The notes under the pieces were generated by a model that was not told the DNA's origin, made no database searches, and saw only the letters and a list, made by a program, of their open reading frames with translations. Both the position numbers and the translations under genes were made by a program. Positions 1 to 7,500 of a stretch of 64,000 nucleotides of DNA are shown here, piece by piece. This stretch comes from Elusimicrobiota bacterium (GTDB lineage: Bacteria; Elusimicrobiota; UBA5214; JBBAAG01): assembly GCA_041658405.1 (NCBI GenBank), contig JBBAAG010000006.1, positions 6,004 to 70,003 of the forward strand, written 5' to 3'. The stretch's first letter is position 1, and every line of letters begins with the position of its first letter.

Positions 1-144
1 GTAGGGGACCGGTGGTACCCCAAAAAAATGGTGTTCAAGGACGCGCTTAAACGCGGAGACGGGACGGAGTTTATTATTAAGTCAATTGAGTTTGACGTCG
101 AGATACCCGCGCACGTGTTCTCCAAAGCATCGCTCCGGAGATAA
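1..144 (+). CDS. 3' end of an upstream CDS (partial; LolA-like/outer-membrane lipoprotein-sorting-like C-terminus?)
   Basis: Frame 1 is open from the window edge to TAA at 142-144. The peptide ends ...EFDVEIPAHVFSKASLRR, a beta-rich ending. The gene runs off the window so it cannot be classified. Confidence 0.3.
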   Translation, partial: VGDRWYPKKMVFKDALKRGDGTEFIIKSIEFDVEIPAHVFSKASLRR

Positions 145-223
145 TAACGATATAAACAAAAATTGGTATAATTATAGGCACTGATAATATTTAAAGAATA
201 ATAATAGAAGGGAAATAAACATT

Positions 224-1189
224 ATGTTCCGCCCGGAGATTAAGGTTATAGACTGTTCGATCCGCGACGGCGGGTTGATGAATAATTCGTATTTTACGTT
301 TGAAACTGTAAGAAACGTGTATAAAGCCGCTTGTGCTGCGGGGATTGATATCGTTGAGCTCGGGTATCGTAATAGTAAGATGAAATTTTCGGAGGCTGAG
401 TACGGCCCATGGCGGTTCTGTGACGAGAAACAGTTAAAAAAGGTTGCGGATGGTATTGACAAAAAAACTACGAAGCTCGCTATTATGCAGGACGCGCATA
501 AAGCTTTGGCGGAAGATATCGTGCCAAAGACGGAGAGTATAGTTGATGTTATCCGTATCGCTACGTATGTAAAAGATATTGATAAAGCAATACTTCTTGC
601 AAACAATGCAACGGATAAAGGGTATGAAGCGACTATAAACATAATGTCAATTTCGAAAGCGCTGGACCGCGAGCTTGACGAGGCGTTGCAGCAGATCGAG
701 GAAGAAACTAAAGTTATGGCGTGTTATATTGTTGATAGTTACGGCGCGTTGTATAGTGAAGATGTTGATTATTACGTGTCAAAATTCAAACGGTACCTTA
801 AGTCCAAAGAAATCGGGATTCATTGCCATAATAATAAACAATTGGCGTTTGCGAATACGATTGAAGGGATTATCAAGGGAGTGAATTACCTCGATGGAAC
901 GCTATACGGTATTGGCCGTGCGGCAGGGAATTGCCCGCTTGAACTCCTTATAAGTTTTCTTAAGAACCCGAAGTTTGATATCCTGCCGTTACTTGACGTT
1001 ATCAGCGAGTCAATTCTGCCGTTGGTGAAAGAAATGGCGTGGGGTTATAGTATACCCTACATGATAACCGGTGCGCTTAACCGTCATCCCGATGTTGCAA
1101 TGCAGATGATGAGCTTGCCGGATAGTGATAAAGCAAAGTTTGACTACCGCAAGTTTTACCTCAAACTCACCGAGGAAGGGCAGGAGTAA
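224..1189 (+). CDS. DRE-TIM metallolyase, DmpG/HMGL-like aldolase (pyruvate carboxyltransferase fold)
   Basis: ATG start. The N-terminal KVIDCSIRDGG motif and the IGIHCHNN His-x-His metal site match 4-hydroxy-2-oxovalerate aldolase/HMG-CoA-lyase-type TIM barrels. 321 aa. Confidence 0.7.
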   Translation: MFRPEIKVIDCSIRDGGLMNNSYFTFETVRNVYKAACAAGIDIVELGYRNSKMKFSEAEYGPWRFCDEKQLKKVADGIDKKTTKLAIMQDAHKALAEDIVPKTESIVDVIRIATYVKDIDKAILLANNATDKGYEATINIMSISKALDRELDEALQQIEEETKVMACYIVDSYGALYSEDVDYYVSKFKRYLKSKEIGIHCHNNKQLAFANTIEGIIKGVNYLDGTLYGIGRAAGNCPLELLISFLKNPKFDILPLLDVISESILPLVKEMAWGYSIPYMITGALNRHPDVAMQMMSLPDSDKAKFDYRKFYLKLTEEGQE

Positions 1190-1198
1190 AATCTCCGG

Positions 1199-2050
1199 AT
1201 GACGTTACTGGTTTTTTCGTTAGTCCTGATCACCGCGGTATTTCATGCGGCATGGAATTTCGCGGCAAAACGAGCAGCCGGGAATTTTTATGCGGTATAC
1301 ATTGGCCTTGCTGCGGTTAGCGTTGTGTTCTCTCCAATACTTCTAGTTTTATCTCCAACAGAACTTTTCAGGATAAAAGCTGTGCCTTACATCATAGCGT
1401 CAGGCGTGATACACGCAATATACTTTTCGTTACTGGGTAAAGCGTATAAGCACGGCGATATTTCTACGTCATACCCGATTGCCCGCGGGTCGGGTGTTGC
1501 AGAAACAGCGTTAACCGCGTTTTTTGTATTACAAGAAAAAATATCGGTCACCGGCGCAGCGGGTATCCTGGCGATAAGTACGGGAACAATACTGACAGGT
1601 TTGTGCCAGCCGGTTCATCCGAAAAGGATGAAGGGGTTAGTGTACGCATTACTTACCGGCGTATCAATCATGGGATACTCAATTGTTGACAAACTCGGGG
1701 TTGGAACGATAAGCCCCGTGGCGTATATTTACGAACTATACTTTGTAGCGGCGTTATGCTTAACCCCAATTGCGTTGTTCAATAAAACTAACCGCGGGGA
1801 ACTCGTTGATGCGTGGAAAAACTACCGGAATCATGGGTTTATCATCGGGATTGGGTCGTTACTGACATACTTGATAATCCTTTTTGTGTTCCGCCTTGCG
1901 CCAGTGAGTTACGTAGTTGCGCTTCGCGAGCTCGCAGTTGCTGTTGGCGCAATATTTGGTATAAAGTTTTTGGGTGAAAAATGTCCTCCTCTAAAAATAG
2001 CGGGGATTGTCCTTATCGTCGCAGGGATTATTGTCATCAAGCTCGCGTAA
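1199..2050 (+). CDS. EamA/DMT-family transporter (10 TM)
   Basis: 283-aa hydrophobic protein with two repeated five-helix halves. It starts 10 nt after the aldolase stop. Confidence 0.7.
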   Translation: MTLLVFSLVLITAVFHAAWNFAAKRAAGNFYAVYIGLAAVSVVFSPILLVLSPTELFRIKAVPYIIASGVIHAIYFSLLGKAYKHGDISTSYPIARGSGVAETALTAFFVLQEKISVTGAAGILAISTGTILTGLCQPVHPKRMKGLVYALLTGVSIMGYSIVDKLGVGTISPVAYIYELYFVAALCLTPIALFNKTNRGELVDAWKNYRNHGFIIGIGSLLTYLIILFVFRLAPVSYVVALRELAVAVGAIFGIKFLGEKCPPLKIAGIVLIVAGIIVIKLA

Positions 2051-2072
2051 ATATATTCGGAAAGGTTATTGC

Positions 2073-2921
2073 ATGAATAAAGTATTAACTGCAATTGCGT
2101 TTATCAGTGTATTTCTGGCAAGTAGTTCAGCGTATTCCGCGCAGGTGGATATTTCAACGGTTACGTTGTACAGCGATGCGTTGGGGTACAATACCACATA
2201 CTATGTTTATCTTCCTCCTAATCGCCAGCCCGGGGAAAAGTTTCCTGTCCTGTACATCCTCCACGGTGCGTGGGGGTATTACGGTGACTGGGTGGACCGT
2301 ACAAATGTTGAAGATCTGGCGGATAAGTACAAAATGGTACTCGTGTTTCCCGATTGCAGCCAGTTCGGGTGGTACCTCGACAGTAAGATTAAATCGAATT
2401 CTAAGTATGAAACGTATATCATAAAAGAACTCGTTCCGGAGGTTAACAAAAAGTTTCCTGTCCTTACGGGGAAAAACAAGTGCGGGATCATGGGGTTGAG
2501 TATGGGCGGTCACGGCGCAATGATCCTTACCGCGCACAACCCAAAGGTGTTCGGGTCCGCATCATCGTTATCGGGTATCCTGCAGCTTGAAGCGCATCCA
2601 ACCAAGCTTGACAGTTGGCACTTGCGTGAAATCCTTGGGGATCCTAATGATAAATCTAACAAAAAGCAGTGGAGTTGTTATTCCGTATACGCCCAGGCTA
2701 AGGTATTGAAGAAAAATGGTGTAAATCTATTGTTCGACTGCGGGGTGGATGATACAAAGACCGGTGCGATCACTGATGCACGGGCATTACACACAAAACT
2801 TGATGAGTTAAAAGTTAAGCATACCTACAACGAATACCCGGGGAACCATACCTGGGACTACTGGCAAGCACATCTTGAAGAACATTTGAAATTTCATTCC
2901 ACCGCGATGAGCGGAAAATAA
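2073..2921 (+). CDS. secreted esterase (esterase D/putative esterase family, alpha/beta hydrolase)
   Basis: The ATG at 2073 is preceded by AAAGG and followed by a signal peptide MNKVLTAIAFISVFLASSSAYSAQ. GLSMGGHGA is a GxSxG nucleophile elbow. The ORF track's 2007 start overlaps the upstream gene and was trimmed to 2073. Confidence 0.75.
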   Translation: MNKVLTAIAFISVFLASSSAYSAQVDISTVTLYSDALGYNTTYYVYLPPNRQPGEKFPVLYILHGAWGYYGDWVDRTNVEDLADKYKMVLVFPDCSQFGWYLDSKIKSNSKYETYIIKELVPEVNKKFPVLTGKNKCGIMGLSMGGHGAMILTAHNPKVFGSASSLSGILQLEAHPTKLDSWHLREILGDPNDKSNKKQWSCYSVYAQAKVLKKNGVNLLFDCGVDDTKTGAITDARALHTKLDELKVKHTYNEYPGNHTWDYWQAHLEEHLKFHSTAMSGK

Positions 2922-2934
2922 TAATATATATTTT

Positions 2935-2970
2935 GTGTAAAATTTGTTTGAGTTAGTTGTCTAACAGGAG
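2935..2970 (+). promoter_or_regulatory. candidate ECF-type promoter (GTCTAA -10-like element) plus AGGAG RBS upstream of the ECF sigma gene
   Basis: TGTCTAA lies at 2958-2964, followed by AGGAG at 2966-2970 and GTG at 2980. An AAAATTT lies about 16 nt upstream where an ECF -35 (GGAACTT) would sit, but the match is weak. Confidence 0.2.
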
Positions 2971-2979
2971 TAGGGAATA

Positions 2980-3597
2980 GTGCAAGGGAATAATGTTGAA
3001 CCAAAAGATACCGGTAATCGTGTGTGTAGCGAAAACGAGTTGATAACGAGCGCCATAAACGGCGACCGTAACGCGTTTGGTAAGATTGTAGAGTTGTACG
3101 CAGTACAAGTCTATAACCTTAGTTATCGTTTGACGGGTAACGAACCTGATGCGAAGGATCTTTCGCAGGAAGTGTTTTGCAGGGCATTAAAACTGATTGG
3201 CGAGTTTAAACAGGAAAGCAGTATCTCTACATGGCTGCACAGGATCGCTGTTAATTTGTGGTTGAATAATGTCAAGCACGGGAACATTGTTAAATATGAA
3301 TCTTTAGATAAGTCAGTGGTTAATGAAGAAGATAATGAAATAAAACGCGAATTTATGAGTAATGAACTTGGGCCGGAAGAAAAAGTTGTGGTAAAAGAGT
3401 TTAACCGGTTGTTGCAGGATGCGTTAAACGAGTTGACGCCGGAACAACGTGTAGCGTTTGTGTTGAAGTATATCGAAGGAAAATCGTTGAAGGAAATCGC
3501 AAAGATCTGTAATTGCAGCGTGTCGTTGGTAGGGGTGAGGTTGGCGCGCGCGTTGGTAACGCTGAACGGCAAGTTGAAGCAGTATTATAAAACGTGA
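2980..3597 (+). CDS. ECF-family RNA polymerase sigma-70 factor
   Basis: GTG start with an AGGAG RBS. It carries a region 2 (YRLTGNEPDAKDLSQEVFCRA) and a region 4 HTH (LTPEQRVAFVLKYIEGKSLKEIAKICNCSVSLVGVRLARA). 205 aa. Confidence 0.85.
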   Translation: MQGNNVEPKDTGNRVCSENELITSAINGDRNAFGKIVELYAVQVYNLSYRLTGNEPDAKDLSQEVFCRALKLIGEFKQESSISTWLHRIAVNLWLNNVKHGNIVKYESLDKSVVNEEDNEIKREFMSNELGPEEKVVVKEFNRLLQDALNELTPEQRVAFVLKYIEGKSLKEIAKICNCSVSLVGVRLARALVTLNGKLKQYYKT

Positions 3598-3609
3598 AAA
3601 CAAGGATAT

Positions 3610-4545
3610 ATGTTTATGATGAAATGCAGTGAAGTAAAGGATTTGTTGGTACTGTACGACGAGAAAGAGTTGGATGCTGAGAAACAACAACAGGTAGCGC
3701 AGCATTTGAATGAGTGTAAAGACTGTGCCGCGCTTTTAGCCGGGATGCATAATGTGACACAGTTATACAATTCTATGGGTAAAGAATCCTTACCGCCAAA
3801 CTTTGTGCGGGATGTTCAAAACAAAATCGATGTTGGCGTCGTTGTGCCAAACAAACCTGTTTCCATGATATACCGCCCGCAAACGTACGTGTATTCTGCA
3901 TTGTTGTTGATATGCCTCGCTTGCTTGTATTTTAATGTGAAACCCAAAACACAAATGCAGGCACAGGTACAACAAACGATAACGGCAGTTGTAATAAATG
4001 ATAGTAATCCTAACAAAACAAACGTCACATCTCCTGTAATAAAAGATGTTGCGAAAAAGACAGAAACCGTGGTTTTTCATCCTACGTCAACCGTAACAGA
4101 TGACACGCAAAAAATGGTTATCAACAAAACCGTTACCGTGTTCGCCAAACTACCTGAGGAACGCCAATCGACGTTGCTACGCGGGAAGTCGCAGAATGTT
4201 GATGTTAAACACGTTGTGAAACAATGGCAGGATGTGCGTAGCGGGATAAAAGAAAAAAAGGTGCTGATTATCAAAACCGAACAGGAATGGCGGGCGTTGT
4301 GGCAACAGCATAACGGTAATAACGCTTCGACGCTTCCTTTGCCGGATATAGATTTTGCGAAAAACATTGTGTTCGCAGCGTTTATGGGCGAGCAGCCCAC
4401 CGCGGGGTTTGGGATACAGATAAAAAATATTGAAGAGACTAACACTAAATATTATCTTGATATTGAAGAAGCCACGCCGGGAAGTGCAGCGACGCAAACG
4501 GGACAAAAGATACAACCGTATCATATTGTGGTTATAGATAAATAG
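3610..4545 (+). CDS. membrane anti-sigma factor (zinc-finger N-domain, single TM, PrcB-like C-terminal domain)
   Basis: It starts 12 nt after the sigma gene. HLNECKDCAALLAG is an H-x3-C-x2-C anti-sigma zinc motif. TM helix YVYSALLLICLACLYFNV. The C-terminal ~100 aa (EQEWRALWQQHNGN...YHIVVIDK) resembles the PrcB C-terminal domain. Confidence 0.65.
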   Translation: MFMMKCSEVKDLLVLYDEKELDAEKQQQVAQHLNECKDCAALLAGMHNVTQLYNSMGKESLPPNFVRDVQNKIDVGVVVPNKPVSMIYRPQTYVYSALLLICLACLYFNVKPKTQMQAQVQQTITAVVINDSNPNKTNVTSPVIKDVAKKTETVVFHPTSTVTDDTQKMVINKTVTVFAKLPEERQSTLLRGKSQNVDVKHVVKQWQDVRSGIKEKKVLIIKTEQEWRALWQQHNGNNASTLPLPDIDFAKNIVFAAFMGEQPTAGFGIQIKNIEETNTKYYLDIEEATPGSAATQTGQKIQPYHIVVIDK

Positions 4546-4555
4546 TATAGGTTGC

Positions 4556-7500
4556 ATGGATAGGAAATATATGAAGTTCAGAAGAAAACTGTTGTTGTTA
4601 ATATTAATAACCCTTATTCCGGTAAATGTGTACTCGCTGGGGTCTACGCCGACGGTGACTATTGACAGTATCGTCGGGTCAAGCGGGACGATACGGGTAA
4701 ACTATACCGCGTACGATACGGACGGGGACAGCGTTACTACTACCGAATGGCAATACAGCCGAGATAACGTTAATTGGAACGATATTTCGGAAGATACTAT
4801 CCGTAACAACTATTATAAAACACCAGGAACGTCGTATGTTAATTGGGTGAGTACATTATTCCTTTCCGGTTTCTATGATGATTCTATGTGGTTCAGGATG
4901 AAAGTAGTGGACAATTCTGGGAATGGAGATATCAATAATTTTGTTTATTCGCTAAATAAAGTTCCAATCCCTTCATATGGACATAATGCTGTAGTAAATA
5001 AAAACAGGATTTATCTCATAGGGGGGAATTCTAATAGTGGACATTTGGATACCGTTTATAATACAACAATTAATTCTGATGGAAACATCGGCGAATGGTT
5101 TCTTTCCGCAAACAGGATACCTCAAGAATCTTGTCTGCATTCTAGTACTTTATATAACAATTATCTTTATGTGACAGGAGGGGAACCCTACGGAAATGAT
5201 AATGTTTTTTATACAAAAATACACGATGATGGCAGTATTAGTAGTTTTCAAACGTCAGCGCATAAAATTCCCACAGGAGTAATGGGACATTCTTGTGTAG
5301 CATATAACGGATATTTATATATTATCGGTGGACTTGATTCTAATGTACATGCTGTTGATAAAATATATTATGCAAAAATAAACAATTCTAATGGTAGTAT
5401 ACAAGATTTTCAAACATCAACTATCACATTGCCAATTCCTTTGTATTACCTTTCTGGTACTGTGTATAATGGGTATGTATATATAACTGGTGGAAAAAAT
5501 AATTCTGTTAATTCATTTAAGGTCTACTATGCAAGATTGAGTGATGACGGAAGTATCGGTTCTTTTAATGAAGCAAATTCTATGGCTATAGAGCAACATT
5601 CAAGTGTGATTTACAACGATTGTCTTTATCTCGTAGGTGGAGGCAGAATATATTACGCAAAAATAAATAACAGTGGTGTCTTAAACACATTTGCCATTAT
5701 CACAAGCACCATCTCACTGCAACAAGCATTCTGTATAGCGAAAAATAACAAAATTTATGTTGTAGGAGGTTACATTAGTAGTAATTTATATCCCAGTGAT
5801 ACAGTATATTATGCAAATATACAAAGTGGGTTGGTGACCCAGGATTATTCAAATACTTTTTCATTGTTAATAAACAACAATGATTCTCCCATAGTGACAT
5901 TAAATGCATCGACGGGAATACAAACTACTTCGGATATAAATATTTCTTATACAATAACTGATACGTTTGCCGATAACTTATCGTTATACTGCGAATACTC
6001 TACCGACGGTGGAGCGAATTGGATCCGCGCGACGGTTAACGGGACAACGAGTTACTACAATGTTGTCAGCGCGTCGGGAACGGTAATATGGAAGTCGCAA
6101 GTCGACCTCGGGGTAAGCGTCTCTACGTTCACGGTAAGGTTCAGGATAACGCCGTCAGATTCACAGATTTTAGGTACGCCGGTAAGTACATCCGACTTCG
6201 GCGTTGACAACCGTCACAACCCGATTTTAACAATTTCCGGAATCAGTGATAATATGAAAGAACCCAGCGGGGTGATAAAAATCAGTTATACCTCTGTCGA
6301 TCCCGATGGTAACAATTTACAAACCTCCAATTGGCAATACAGCCGTGATAACGTAACCTGGTATGACATATCAAGTTCTGCAATAACTAATAATGAATTG
6401 AAACCTCTTGGGGCGTCGTATATTTTGTGGAACACCCAGTCAGGGACGAACAATCTTAACCTCGTAGAAGACGCAAGTGTATGGTACAGAATGAAACTTA
6501 CCGACGGCGTATTTTATTCGTGTTACCAAACCACGGGACCGTTTGCGGTGGACAACTACGTCAAACCGGTCATAACGTTATCGAATATATCCGGTGAGGT
6601 TACTAGTAATACAATTACGTTTAATTACACAATCACTGCGGCACCCGACGAAAACTTATCCTTGCTTTGCGAATATTCAGCTAACAACGGGACTGACTGG
6701 TCTCCCGCTATAATCAATAGTTCGACTTACAACATTACCAGCGGTCAGTTTAGCGGTAATCTTGTTTGGAACTGTGTGGGAAATATTTCAAGCGGGACTG
6801 ATAACAGCAACATTTACTTCCGTGTTACACCCTATGGCCGTGCGTTAGGATTGGCGACGACGTCGAATCTTATTCACGTGGACTACAATACCCCGCCCGC
6901 GGTTGTCGTGAATGACATATTTTCGGTGGTAAGAGACACAGTGGCGATTACTTATACTTTATCTGATACGAATAATGATGTGTTAAGCATAGTTTGTCAA
7001 TACTCTACCAACGGTGGGAGTACATGGAAACCCGCGACTGTGGTGGGGAGTACTGCAAATATTGATAGTAGCCATTATTCCGGTTCGCTGGTTTGGTACT
7101 CAAATTTGGATGAGCCGAATATCAACGTAACTACTACGAAGTTTAAAATTGTACCCTACGACAACGACCAAGGGACAGCGGATGATACTATTAATTTTCA
7201 AGTTGAAAACGTTGCTGAACCACCAAGTGTTACTATTACAAGCGTCGAGGGTACTAATGGAACAATAAAAATTAATTATACCGTTTCCGACCCCGATCCA
7301 GGGGAACAGGTTACTACTACTAAGTGGCAGTATAGCACCACTAGCAGCACCGGTCCCTGGTATGATATTGATTCAGAATATATTAGTAATAATTTTTATA
7401 AGCCAGTTGGGACATCGTATATTCAATGGAATAGTTTGGTTGCACTTAATGGTGTTTATGACGATAGTATCTGGTTTAAAATGAAAGTAGTGGATAATTC

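Noticed and set aside
1-30. GGGGACCGGTGGTACCCC imperfect palindrome at the window start
   Set aside because: It lies inside the partial upstream CDS and the arms do not pair well. Probably coincidental.
172-642. 156-aa minus-strand ORF overlapping the aldolase gene
   Set aside because: Antisense to a motif-supported CDS. No RBS and no recognisable domain.
2095-2537. 109-aa (+) and 127-aa (-) ORFs overlapping the esterase gene
   Set aside because: Alternative-frame and antisense ORFs inside a CDS with a clear signal peptide and GxSxG motif.
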